Part shown: piece after piece, positions 25,480-40,159 of the stretch
How the letters are laid out: the number at the start of each line of letters is the position of its first letter
How positions within the stretch are numbered: position 1 is the stretch's first letter
NCBI GenBank assembly: GCA_965644295.1
Contig: CBFFRP010000668.1
Span: 1 to 64,000 of the forward strand
Origin: Paraphysomonas bandaiensis
Taxonomy: Eukaryota; Protista; Chrysophyceae
Length of the DNA: 64,000 bases
Reading direction: 5' to 3'
Program-made: the position numbers and the translations under genes
Notes under the pieces: model-generated
Databases searched by the model: none
What the model was told of the DNA's origin: nothing
Seen by the model: only the letters and a program-made list of their open reading frames with translations

Positions 25480-26656
25480 ATGGGTGTATTGTTCTCTAGT
25501 GGAGCGTATAGAGATATCTATTCAACTCATGGGGTGATAGCAACACAGAAGGAATCATTTGAAAACATCGGTATCCGTTCATTGAAACTGTTCTACTTGT
25601 TACTGTTTATCGTAGGCCTCAGCGAGAAGAATGTTGGTGAACTGTATAAAATGTTTTCCAATAATCGAATAGATTCGTCTGGTGCGATACGCATCCGCGA
25701 GCTAGTTTATCATATGCATATAACTGGGGAACGCTTTATGACTCGAGTTTGTCAAGTGTTCTCGCGAGATAAAACGCATTTGGATTTCTTGGAATTCGTG
25801 TATGCAGTATGGAATTTTTGTACTCTTCGAAACAAGCAGAAATCGTACGGTAAGCGTAGTGGGTGGTGTGGCCAGTTATCTTATTACATGCAGATCAATT
25901 TGTGTTTGAACTGTATGAAGATAGCTGCTGTGGTGTCCTTACTGTTTCCCAAGCCCAGATGGCTATTTCAGACATTTACGGTGATGATCTCCCGAGAAAT
26001 ATCATCGCTGCTAAGTACGCCTTGTGTGCACTTGTGCGGAAATGTAAACTTATATCTCTGTGATTTCAGGGCGCACAAAGCTCTTGGTCGTGGGGAGGGA
26101 CGTCCGATGACATTTCAAGATTTCCAGCGATTTGTGGATGAGCATGTCGGTGTGCTATTTCAGGTTCGCAACTACCAGCATAAACTACGCACGCGTGTGT
26201 TGGGTGAGCGACAATGGGAGACCTTATCCAATGTGCGTGTCAAAATAAACGGTGGGAAGCAATGTGTGCACATCGAACAGTGGCATACAGTTTCAAACTC
26301 AGTACGTTGCTTCAGTGACTGCACCGACGGGACTGCATCTTCGAGGAGAGACAGTACGGGAAGCATACATCGAAGCACTTCGACTAACAGGTAAATGTTT
26401 TGAAAATCCTCTACAGATGGGGTATTGTGGTGAGTTAGTTTAGAATCTCACTGCAGCGCAGTCAGGATACGAGGAAGAAGCCTGGCCGTGGCCCCCGCCA
26501 GTTACACAAAGCGAAGTCAATGTATGTCTGAGTGGTTTGTCCGCAATGGTAACTTTTTTCAGGTCCAGTGTCTACGCTGACTCGAATGAGGAAGTTAACA
26601 TTTCCCATCAGCTATTAGTCAAAGGAAGAAGACATTCCTTGAGTCGCACGGGTTGA
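25480..26656 (+). CDS. Degenerate EF-hand (calcineurin-B-like) protein with N-myristoylation motif; ~6 exons
   Basis: MGVLFS; IDSSGAIRIRE, LDFLEFVYAVWNFC, FVFELYEDSCCGVLT, MTFQDFQRF; short GT-AG introns restore frame. Confidence 0.7.
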
Positions 26657-27026
26657 AAGTTATGTGTCTGTTTGTATAATGACCGTTGTGTGCTATGTAT
26701 TATTGTACCCACCTTCACACTTGACTTATCACTCTGTGCTGTAATTCTACCCCACACATTTTGAAATATTTTGTATATGCATTATTATTCTTTCAAAAAT
26801 CTTTCTCGTTCACTTCGTTGGATGTATTGAGTGTTAGTGGATAGTATAATATAATAGTATAATTTTACTTGAGTATTGTATAAGCATAACTTATTAACTA
26901 CAACCTACTATGAGTACGCACTTTAAGTTTGCTGTGTAGCAGTGAAACTCAAAACTACAACAACAGGAATATGACTATAATACGCTAAGATACTGAACCC
27001 CTCAACTAATAAGTGATGTTATGGTG

Positions 27027-27685
27027 GATAAGTACCGGAGATATTTCTCCGGGAAGCTAACGTGAGCCACAAGTTGTTCTTCCCACTCATAATTAGCCAA
27101 AAACTTGAGTGACACTCTTATAAGTATCACTTGTGGAGGCGGTTTTGAGCCCAGGCATCCAAGAATGGGCCCACCTCAAGAGCATCAAGGTCCTCATTGG
27201 GCCTTGTCTAGGTATCCGTGGTATTAGGTATTAGGCTCCCTGCTTAAGTCAAGCATCCGGAACTGAGCCCACCTGACGGGCATCCGGGGTATTGAGCTGC
27301 CTGCTGAAGTCAAGCATCCGGGCTGTTTACCTTAAGGACTCAAAAATCCTGAAGTCAGCGGATGTCAGGTATTTCCAAATTTTGTTTGCTCACTGCGTTT
27401 GTTTTGAGTGATAGAGAAACAGTGGTTGCAGCTTGGCGCTTGCGGTGATGTGCAAGAAAATTTCGTAGCGTTATATACATAGCAGGATATTAGAGTGAAG
27501 TACTAGTTAGTTAAATAGTTTTGCAACCTTACTTTTGACTCAGAGTTTGCTAATAATCAGACATTTACTACTAAGCAGCTTTCATAGCGTCAAATATTTA
27601 ATATAGTTGAATATCAGAGGTAAGCACTAAATTAGTTCTGACTCTTAAACACCTATTATTGCTAATAATAAGACATTCACTACTA
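27027..27685 (+). mobile_element. Family X, near full-length copy with internal and tail duplications
   Basis: Begins GATAAGTACCGGAGATATTTCTCCGGGAAGCTAACGTGAG; tail repeated twice. Confidence 0.8.
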
Positions 27686-28084
27686 AAGACGCGTATTCAC
27701 CGCCTTCTCTACCACTGCATGAATCACAATCATCACTATTTTCAGTCCTCTACAGCAAAAATTACAAATAAATTTGATGAACTTTAACACTATATCAATG
27801 TGTATAAAATCTCATCCCACACAGCATTGTATGATACAAAATTCTAGAGATCAGAATGCATCAGCAGTGTTAGTATGCGTATGTGTAAAATATGTTAGTG
27901 CAACTCGTTATCAATGGCTAGCTATTTCAGAACGAAAATTTTTGTTTTCAGGAAAGTGTATTGTTTTGGTTTTTAGTCAATATATAAGTTATATTGAAAG
28001 TCTTATTATTATTATTATCTAGCAGCAATAGGAGTTAAAAACCTGCACCAATGTAGTGGGCAGTTGAATGCTAGACAGACTATT

Positions 28085-28905
28085 TTGACCTCTACCCATA
28101 ACTAATCAGCACAAATTCTATTATTCTACTATTTAGCGCTACAGAAGCTGCTTGTGCGTCGCCGCAAGCACCAAGGTGCGACCACTTCCGTTCTTAATGT
28201 TGATTGTGAGTTTCGCCATGATCGTGTGTCCTAGGACTCACTGGCGCGTGTTATCAGGGTGTCTCCCCTTAGGATGAGATTCCACCATGCTCTGAGGCAC
28301 AGGGTTCTGTATTAAGGTCCCGAGTGTACCGAGTGCTAGATGTGTGTGCTGAGAGGTGGGTGGTGTGGTGGAATGTGGAGTTGTCTCAGTGAACCGTTTG
28401 GGCTTCAGGCATAGGTGGAGTTGTCGGAGACGGCGTCGTTGTCTAGGGCCTGAAGGCTTCATGCGGGCCGGTGATATGTTCCTGTGTGTATGAGTGGTGG
28501 GATTCGTGTGTGCGGTGGGCGGTGGTCCAGTCTCGGGTCGTCTGCGGACTCCTAGTAATCGTAGCACTCTTGGGCGTTTCCGTTGCTGTCTACGTTTTTG
28601 AAGTGGTCGCGGGAGTAATTTAGGGGGTCCTTTGTGTAGAGTAATATATCGTCGACGTCGATCTAGGATCATCATGAGCTTTGCAGCCGCAAAAAGCGGG
28701 AGAAGCAGACTGATGGCCGCTGATTCAAGGTTGCGTAGACCTTGAGGCGTCAGAGACTCATGGATGTGATCTCCAAACACCATCACGATTTGTGCAGTGG
28801 TGATGGTGCCTGTCCAGAATCGCTCCACCTGTCTGTGAAAAGGAGGGGTTCCAGGCCCTGCTAGAGAGCCGCTGTAGCGCATTTGTGGTCCAGTGGGGTA
28901 GGTCC
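28085..28905 (-). mobile_element. 5'-truncated non-LTR retrotransposon remnant (ORF C-terminus plus 3' tail shared with family X)
   Basis: QVERFWTGT..AAK.MI shared with 50776-51162; tail 28120-28187 matches X. Confidence 0.75.
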
Positions 28906-29134
28906 TGATCTCTCAGTACAATAGAAGTACATACTACATATATATTATATATACTAGCTATAAGTAGTGATGAATACTAACAATCCACTAGAAATTGAAT
29001 ACATTTTAGCAACCAGATACTCAAATAGTAGTTGTTTATTATTTACTCTTTCAATGTAATTATTTCTTCTCGATTATAGATGATGTTAACAAAGTTCTTC
29101 AATAATTATAGTGGACTCACTTTATCTTATATAT

Positions 29135-29275
29135 TTCCGCACTGACGAGGCACTTTCCACCAGACGTTGGGCCCTAGGACATCATGCCAAAGGTGTACTG
29201 CTCGATAGCATTGCGGCAAATAAAGCTTGTAAATGGAGAGTAGCCTGGGTCCGATCACACCCTGAACGCCGTAAA
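29135..29275 (+). pseudogene. LINE RNase H fragment
   Basis: GVLLDSI..WVRSHPERR, homologous to VFLESI..WARSHPERR on the minus strand at ~51680-51770. Confidence 0.6.
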
Positions 29276-29583
29276 ATGAAATATGAGAAAATAATTTGCA
29301 ATGTATACTATCTGAAAATACAGTGTTAACTTAGAATATATAATATATATATTGTAAGATAATGTCATTGTTGCAGAGCAGTTATCACCAAGAAATACGA
29401 ATGCTTTTGGTATTTCATTGCTACAGATATTCACATTAGCTACTAGTAGCGATAAATACTGTTGTACGCCACCCCCATTCCCTAATCTGAGAAAAAGGGG
29501 TTTAGAGAGAGTACAACACTGCAAAGTTTCACATATACAATTGACTGAAAGAGTTGTACCATTCTACCTAAAGATTTATACCG

Positions 29584-29692
29584 GCAGCTTTCGTAGCACT
29601 GAATAGTAGGATATCAGAGTTAAGTGCTAGTTATTTAAATTGCAATTGCTTAGTACTGACTCCTACACGCCTATTGCTAATAATAAGACATC
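29584..29692 (+). mobile_element. Family X/LINE 3' tail fragment
   Basis: GCAGCTTTCGTAGC..TAGGATATCAGAG..CGCCTATTGCTAATAATAAGAC. Confidence 0.75.
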
Positions 29693-29732
29693 CATACACA
29701 GGTTTATACGTTTATACCCACCTTGGCAACAC

Positions 29733-29840
29733 CAGGAATAGGGAACTATATAATTCAATACTAGTTTAACCTCTTCCCACCAATAATTTTCAAGCGCTTT
29801 TTTCTCCTAAACAACATCAAAATATTGTTCCCTATCCCAG
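29733..29840. mobile_element. Old hAT-type MITE (CAGGGCTAGGGAACAAT family); related ends at ~24248-24265 and ~55163-55182
   Basis: Degenerate TIRs; 8-bp TSD GGCAACAC/AGCAATAC. Confidence 0.6.
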
Positions 29841-31371
29841 AGCAATACCATAATATACGTAAGACTCTGTTGCAGCCTTTCCGTTAGACATTTCAAGAAT
29901 TTCATTTGTCTAAAGTCGCTACATTTGTCAAGACCGCCGGTAATAGTGAGGCCAGACAAACAGAAATAAGGTGTGGCATACAAACAAATTTGAAGAGTAT
30001 CAAACCAGTTTCAGTACAGCTTTCAACAGTACTTCTTTCATTGGGGATCAATGCACTCATTTACATGTCCATTTTTCTGTCAGACAAGGTAGTACGAACA
30101 GTATAATAAGCTATGTTAATGTGCTGATATATGTATGAATAAAAACGTTATGTCATACTGTCCAAATGCTACACAACATATTGGTGTAGATATTAGAGCG
30201 CTTCCAGAACAGCTGTGCAATTGCTGCGACCCTCATAATGCAACCGTTGCGATACTGACAGCTAATGTGGTCTCTTCTGGGAAGGGAAGACATGATCATC
30301 AGGGTGTTGGGAGTAATCAGGAATTGTAGGTCGACTGAGGAGTTGTTTGTGTCACTGAATATTCAGTGCCAGCTGTCAGTGAATACTAGGACTCTGGGTA
30401 GAGCTCGATATTACGTAGTCGTCTGGTGAACGTGCATGGGACCGTTTAAACAAGGGTAAGTGTGTAAGAGTCGCTATGCGACAAAGATATGCGCCAAAAC
30501 TTTGACGCCAATATATTAAGCCTTAATATTTCTGCTGAAGTTTTGTTAAAGATGTACTTACTTTTGTGTGGTCAGAGTGCTTGTGATATTCCTAACGAAG
30601 AAGACAGCGAGATTCAACGCGGCGAAGTTTTCTGTCCAGTATTTTTCAACTGGTGATGTTTGAAGTGAATACCGTGTTAGAGATTTTCGAGATTGGGAAT
30701 GTTTACAGACCACATCTCAAGTTTGTGGGTGTTTTATGATGTGAGACGCCGGTGCCTTCTTTGGTCCAAGCGATCTCGGGGTGGGACATACATGAGTCCT
30801 CTCGATAGTATTGTCCCGTAACCCTGGATCCATGAGATTCACTGAAAGAACCCCGGCGCAATCACTGCTATGAGATGAATCAAAGTTGGCTTATATGATG
30901 AGCGTGCAGCGAATCCGTAAGTCATTCTATGGAAGTCTGTGACAAAGACGATGCATCTATCTCGTATTGCATCCTTTGTGTATTTTTGTTCAAAGATGCC
31001 TCTAATATTGAGACAACAATTATCTGTATTCCAGCTGTAGTTGTATATCAGCAATATAGAAGATTTTTGCATCAATCTATTTCCGAAAAATAAGATATAC
31101 GCTTCCCTTGACATATACCGCATATACTGCTGTATTCCCAGAAGGGATCAGGTGATGGTACTGTATATACAGCAGAGTACAGTACTGGTACGACCTACAC
31201 ACTTACATGTAAAGAGACTGACATGGAAATGCACATACCAACATATGAGGCAGTCGTTCCTGTGGCGTACCTTGAGTTGTTCGTGTCGGTTGTTACCGAA
31301 AGCAATGTTATAATTCGTAGTTCTTTTGTTTGAAGATGCAGCCTCAGTTGTGACTTGTGACTGTAATTATC

Positions 31372-32483
31372 ATGAAGACATACAAAGAAGAGCCCAACAC
31401 AAAGAGTGTGATAGTCTGGCCAGATGAGATATTACAAGAAATTAAGAGGGTAGAAGAGTACGATTCATGGCGCCGCAAACGAAAGGGGCTCCTCCGTCGA
31501 GGCAGTAGTTCCGTTGAATCACGCTCGGTGTTTTATACTGAGGAATATGAATATTATGTATTTGTTCTGGTTGGCTCTGTTCTCTGGATACTTCTTGCCC
31601 ACACAACTCTCAAATGGCACAAATTCCCTTTTCATATGCACACAATTGAGTGTACCCTGATTTACACGTTTCCAATCTTTTTAATTATTTTGACGCTATA
31701 TTTTCTCGACTTTGGAATCGAAAGAAATAAAACTCGAGTAAAATAGCATGGACTGTATTTTTTCTGCCTCAATAGTATGTACATTCTATGAGACGTCGTG
31801 GATATTTATACAGGGAATAAGTACTGTTCCCATACAATAGGCTTTAGTGCTGGTCTTCTCAGATCTCCGTGTAGGCTTCTATTTAAATTCTAGACAGAGA
31901 GTGATAGTCGGCTGTATCATGTGTTATGAGGCATTTGAAATTTGCATTTTGCTGTCTTGATGTATGTGCAGATGAGGACTGTTTCTTGGCCAGTCTACAT
32001 GAAGCAAAATTAAGAACTATATATTGTCAGGTGATCCTAGTACATGTGTACCGCGGGAAATGAGCGTTACGAAGCATATCAGAGACGAGAATGCGTCATA
32101 TCATAGAAAGGCGACGTGCACTTCGCAATAACTTAATAATACGAACAGTTGTATATACTTTATATTTCTCTGGGATACAATTGGTCTATCAATTAAAGAT
32201 AAATAGGCTTGATGAAATAGCGACCGACCATTACTCACCAAGAGTCAACAAATTGATTCCCCGACGCATAGCACCCATCCCATGTCAGTTACATTTTTTC
32301 ACTAATTATTACGTAGAAGAAATGATTAGAATATAGCGCATATTATGCCATCTTAACTGCATGACAGCATTACAATACACTATTTCAATGAGGAAACTGC
32401 GACGAGAACAGGATGAGAATGATTATGATACCTAATGCCTATGATATGGATGGGGAAGAAGTTGCAGATCTTAAACTGACTTA
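31372..32483 (+). CDS. Possible multi-exon gene for an unknown protein with one TM segment
   Basis: 129-aa ORF with hydrophobic YYVFVLVGSVLWILLA; downstream splice-like signals; structure unresolved. Confidence 0.35.
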
Positions 32484-33859
32484 ATCACACATAACCTATT
32501 ATAGGAAGTGTTGAACACTAAAAGACTACTTAATAACGCTGATTTTTACGCAGCAGCCAAACTATTTTACCTACCCCTGTATATCACACCCAGGGCCAGA
32601 AGGTGAAAAATATTAATCACTGCTGTAGTAAATGTAGCTGCATGAGGTGTGAGTTGTGAGTATCTCTGTAGGTAGCGCTTGTGTGATATATTCATATCTA
32701 ATATATAATATATAATGTAAACTACGGTCACTTTTTAAGCTTGATAAATTGATAATAGCATTTATATATTATAATATATACTAGTAACAATTAAAAAAAT
32801 GTAGGGACACATAATATATCGCTCTTGGATCGTGGACCACCTTTAAACTACATCTGACATATTATATCTTTGAAAGCCTCAAAGCATTGGAATATTATCA
32901 GAGCGTGCCCTAATATATAGTAAATTGCTGATTAACTAGGCCATGCATATTAATTAAATCCTGGCGTATTATTTGCTCTGATCTACAATCAGTACTATAC
33001 TTGCAAGTCCATACATAATTACGCAAAACATAATAATAATTCTGGGAGAGGATAGTGCTGAGCCAATGTTATGCTAGGCCTATACTGAGTCATGCACGAT
33101 CACGAAAAACTCCGCTTAATTTCTGTTAGGGGATGGGAAGGTGAATAATATGATCGTTCTAGAATCTGCACGGATTACATATATATAGACAAATAAATCA
33201 TGCGTTGCTATAAGAAATCCCGCGTAACCTTTGTGAAGGGCAGAAGGATTGCTCTCATAGATTCTGTGCGCGATCTGAATGGTCAGCAAAGTTGGTGAAG
33301 GGGTGGGTGATTGCGTAATATCAGCGCAAAATTTTGGTGATGTATTTGGTCTGCCAGCGAGCCTACACTATGGCCACATTGTTAGAATAGAGCCTTGACT
33401 GGCTAAAAAAATATTTTCTGACTTAAAATCAAACTATATGCTTTATAAACATTTAGGTCGGTTTTCTGTATTTACCTCGAGGAATTATTCCACGACTGTG
33501 GATAAAGCGAAGCGCAGAAACGAAAAGTTGGAGGTGGAACGCTACTCAGAGGTTTCGAATCCGGCACGATATGTTTTATGGCGTTGTTCAAAGCAATCGC
33601 ACTATATACTCGTCACCACAATTTATTCGGCTTTTATGAACTGTCGGCGGAAAGACTAGTGTACAGCAATCAAGAAACTTCGTATGAGTGCTACTACAGT
33701 GCACCTATTGTACTACACCGTTCAACATATTATAGTATTAATATAAATATTTCCCGCACAGATTAGTGAATGTATGATTATGAGCAGTAGGCGCGTAAGA
33801 GTCAGAACTAATGTAGCAAAGCTATTTATTTAACTAACTATTCGATTCGGGTAACTAAC

Positions 33860-34580
33860 TAGTGCTAATACCACGGATGAGGTGGCCACTGGGCCCACTC
33901 CCGGATGCCTGTTTGTTGGTCAGTATATATATTAACTAACGTGAGTCACATATATAAGTAGTCAGCAGCTATTGTTGTGTCCACTCATAGCCAAATGTTT
34001 GTGTGATACAAAAGAGAGACACTATTATATGTGTCGCTTGTGTAGACGTCTTTGAGCCTTGACGAATAAACAGGCATCCTGGAATGGACCCCTCAAGGAC
34101 ATCCGTGATGTATATTGGGATGCCTGCTAAAGTCAAGCAACCGGGATTGGGCCCACCTGACGGGCATCCGGGGTATTGGGATGCCTGCTGACTGCAGAAG
34201 TCAATCATTCGTGCTGTTCACCTTAAGGACTCCTCAAAAACCCTGAATTCAGCAGATGTAGGAGATTATGCGTGGAACAAAATGAGTTTGTGTTGTTTGT
34301 CACAACTTCGTGTAAACAATATTAATTAATCTATCTAGTCTAACGACAAATTCTCTCTGAGCATTTCCAACAAGAAAAAATGCTGAAGTCAACAGATGTC
34401 AGGTATTTCAAAATTATGTTTTCTCACTGCGTTTGCTTTGAGTGATAGAGAAAAACTGGTTGCATCTTGGTGCTTGCGGTGACGCACAAGCAGCTTTCGT
34501 AGCAGCGCTACATAGAAGGGCATCAGAGTTAAGCACTGACTCTCGGTAAACGCCTATTGCTATTATATGACATTCATTAC
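33860..34580 (+). mobile_element. Family X copy interrupted by a Copia LTR fragment (34264-34372)
   Basis: X blocks on both sides; the insert aligns to the 3' ~125 bp of LTR 4109-4401. Confidence 0.8.
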
Positions 34581-35113
34581 TAGGGTGGTACATATACTGT
34601 ATGCTGTACAGTGTACAATAGTTGCTATTTTTATTGGTCATCATTTCTCTTGTGTTATTGTAGTTATCTTGGATATGTAATTTCTATTAGTTCAAACTGG
34701 CTACAACTAATTACTAATTATTAAGAGCTATCGGTAACCTAGAACCTAGTAGAATATATATATACATTAGTTCCGACTCTTACACGCCTATTGCTAAAAA
34801 CAAGACAGTAACATCATAAAATATATACAGGAGTTGGTTGTAATTCTACCGAATGTAATTAGTACCTAGTCATCTCTGACGTTTCTTAGGCGATATATCG
34901 TATTCTAGTAAAGCTGAGCACAGGCCAATACATGCGGCTTGAGATTTAAATAGCAGTAGATCCTTGAGATCTTGTTTACTACGTCTCGTACATCGCGGCA
35001 TCCAAGCAATAACAAGAACCAAATTCACACTAAACAATAAATTCGTTTACGTCTGTTTAGGGTAATAAAGTCCCATACCCATTACATTATAGTAAAGCAA
35101 CGAAGTGTACTCA

Positions 35114-36625
<1,512 letters not shown>

Positions 36626-36695
36626 TAGCAATCCGCGACGATGCCTGCCTAACACAGTCGTGACTCTTGATAAAGAAAATAAAAGTTTTACCTGA

Positions 36696-36860
36696 CAGGA
36701 TGTGGTTGTGCCTGTCGATTTTATCGATTTGTTCACAATGTATTTCATTGAAAAGTCATCGTTTTTTCATTTAAAATCACTTTTTTTCACTTTTCACTGA
36801 AAAAACAATGATTTTGCAATGAAATAAATGGATGAAATCGATATGCACAACCACCCCCAT
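36696..36860. mobile_element. Tc1/mariner-type MITE, diverged copy
   Basis: Collinear with 41479-41630. Confidence 0.8.
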
Positions 36861-36874
36861 ACCCACAGTACCTC

Positions 36875-37096
36875 TACATACATACTGTACATACTGTACA
36901 TACATACTGTACATACATACATACATACATACATACATACATACATACATACATACATACATACATACATACATACATACATACATACATACATACATAC
37001 ATACATACATACATACCTACATACCTACATACCTACATACCTACATACCTACATACATACATACATACATACATACATACACACATACATATATAC

Positions 37097-37127
<31 letters not shown>

Positions 37128-37248
37128 CATACATACATACATACATACATACATACATACATACATACATACATACATACATACATACATACATACATAC
37201 ATACATACATACATACATACATACATACATACATACATACGTACATAC
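36875..37248. repeat. (TACA)n microsatellite, ~370 bp
   Basis: Direct reading. Confidence 0.99.
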
Positions 37249-37398
37249 AGCATCTGTTACAGTGAGACATAGAAGAAATTGCAGGATGTACTGTGGCTTC
37301 ATTTTATCAAGCTTAGCTATGCATAGTCTTTTTTATATGTGTCTGTTCTGTGAACTGTGTGTTGGCTGTTGATATCTGCTCTAGCAGTGTAACTCTCG

Positions 37399-38992
37399 AT
37401 GTCTCGATCTCGTTATTCGTTTGCTGATGAGTATGATGAGGTGGACGACAATGTATACGACGGCACTGTTGGAGGTGTCGGTAGAGGCGCCGATAGAGTT
37501 ATGGGTGATAGGAGTTATAAGGACACGATAGATCGGAGGATGCCGGTGTTTTTTAACACTGATGAAATGACTCATTTTCCCAAATATGAGGACTCAGCAC
37601 TGACCTTTCACAGCTCTCGGGACGTTCCGTTCTCTCCCTATCGCGGATATTATGCTGATGCACACACTGTTCAGAAGTCAATTAATTCTGAGCCAGCTTA
37701 CAACCTGATAAATACATACATGAGTCAGTCTTGGGCGTCAACTCCGAAGACATCGTACGTCGAGACCAATGCCATTCGGCGCAACGTAACATTTAAGGAG
37801 AGAATGGCTGATAAATTGTATCAGAGGTTTTGTTCTCGTCTCTGTAAGCGTATGTTTGCGGAATGGTACAAGTTTTCATTTCGTTACACCATAGTTAGAC
37901 GCCGCCTGTTGGCGTGCTTTCGAATGAGATATATAGCGAGGCGTTTTTTCGAGTGGCGTCGAGTTGCTGTATTGGGCATAAAGTTTAGAATATGTTTGAA
38001 ACGCTACTGGAAACGCTACCGGCGTTTGTACTTTAGGTGGTGGAAGATAGTAACACACTGGGAGGTGATGAAGCTGCGCTTGTGCCGTGATGTGTTCGAT
38101 GCAATGATAGTGCACACAGAGTACCAGTTAGATATAACGCGGAAGTGGGTTGATGTTATTCAGAGCTACTACCGCGAATGTAATGCTCGGGTAATTCAGC
38201 GCTCGTTCCTGTCTTATAAACTTCGCGTTCAGTACTGGGCAACGAAGACAATCAAACATCTATACATGGAGTATTTTGCTGTGTGGCTAATTAAACGTCG
38301 CCGGAAGGAAGAAATGAAGCGCCAGGAGGACGAAGAGGATGCGTGTAAGCATATGGTAGAAAGAGCACATTTGTACTTGCGCAAGTTGCTTCAAAGGGGA
38401 GATGGAAAGGGAAAGCTGTGGACATATTTAAGAGAGGTGTAGTTTCGACCCGCGATATGTATATTTTATCTTACGTCTAATCTAGGTTAACGACCGGTGG
38501 AATGACGAAGAGAATAAGCCTTTCGTTTTCCCGAACAAATTGGACATGCCTGAGATAGGTATGAAATGGACTGTGCGGGGAAAAGCTATGCATGTACTGC
38601 GACATCGGACTACTTTCGAGGTAACGGAATGGGCAAGGGCGAATTTTCGCGAGTCAAGCCCTCCGCTTTACGTCTGCAGCAAGTGTGATGAGACTTTTTT
38701 GCTTAGAGCCATTGCGCGAGCGCATAAAATGAAGTGCCAAGTACAGCAAGATCTCCCTCGATATTTGAGCTGGAAGCTTTGCCAACCAATTGTTGATGCC
38801 GCTCTTGGTCCCCTAGTTTCTCACTTTTATGAGAAGAAAGCAGAAATAGATGCTGCGAGAGAGGAAAAAGCCCAGATCGAACGGATGAAGAGCACAGCTC
38901 TACTAAACCAGGCTCTTGTTGGCTCTCCAGAGAAGCCGAGATATGACCAAGTTAAGACCCGACAAAAGCGTACTGAACTGCGTGTTTTCTGA
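37399..38992 (+). CDS. Uncharacterised basic helical protein (Sfi1/IQ-like W-containing repeats, C2HC finger); 2 exons
   Basis: Intron 38437-38485 joins the ORFs in frame; MFAEW/FFEWRR/FRWWK repeats, ARVIQRSF, CSKC...H...C. Confidence 0.7.
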
Positions 38993-39609
38993 AACATTCA
39001 TACATTCTTTCACGTGAGGGTAGGTGCAGGTAGTGATTGTACAGCATTATGCGTATGTAAATGATGATATATTACCAGTACTATGTAGTTCATATTAATT
39101 GCGTTGTAAGTTCAGAAGAATTACTTAAATTGTGGCTTAAATTGGCATTATACTTGTGCATGACTTATGTAATGCATTTATTAGTCTCTGAATGCTTTTG
39201 TAAGTAGTAATCATTGATATTGTGAGGAATTATGCTCTTTCAATGTGGCCATTCACCATTTCTTTCTTTTTTCCCAATGCATATCCATAACTATCTTATA
39301 TAAACACGCATCAGTAAATGAATTCACCCTTACCTACTGCAACTTGATTCCACCTATAAACTAACTTCACTTGTACTTAGTACTTATACATACATACATA
39401 CCATATCCCATATCATACAGTTGAATTTGTTGAATTACCTAGTCACACTAATTAGGGTCTAAAAATTATTCAAAGTAATAAATAAACCAATTCTTAAATT
39501 GTATTCGCATATAGCTACGCATTAAGGAATATCATATATGACAGCTCTGTGCAACGTGCAACAAGTATTAGGATTCAGCTTAATACATGACATTATCAGC
39601 CAGTTATAT

Positions 39610-39805
39610 TGTTCAATGAAATATATCATGAACTGGATTTGAGAGAGTATCTGTTGAAGATACATGATCGTCATCATTGCGATCGTCATTATCAGTTACA
39701 CTTCTAACTATGCCGTCGTGCAAGATAGTTATGTTTTATGTTGTCGGTCATTATTCATCACTTTACACTCTAATAATCACAACATTATTTTACTATATTG
39801 CTAAG
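39610..39805. repeat. Dispersed ~200-bp repeat, second copy at 54710-54920
   Basis: Shared ATATATCATGAACTG..CTGTTGAAGATAC..GATCGTCATT..GATAGTTATGTT. Confidence 0.75.
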
Positions 39806-40159
39806 ATCAATTCTTTATTACAAGTAATTGACGCAGGGTGTAGTCAATTATAATTGCAACTATTACTTGCTGCCCCAATTAATGGATTTGCAATTAATTG
39901 ATACTAAACTACGTACTCAAGCAGCTATACATTAGCTGCCAACATAGATAATTATAACCATACGTTAATTTTCATTCACGTGGCCAAAAAAGGAGTAGTT
40001 TAGAGGTACTCTAAATGAAGTGATTAATTACAGTGAACTACCTTGGAAAAGGCACGTATATTCACCGCGCAATTAGTTCTCATCCGGCGGCATATGCCAC
40101 GAATGAGAATCAGGCAGTGCAAGATAATGTTTGTTGCTGGTCAAATAGTATTTCTCTAG

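Noticed and set aside
30330-31123. Minus-strand gene divergent from 31372
   Set aside because: Could not build a spliced ORF or recognise a motif.
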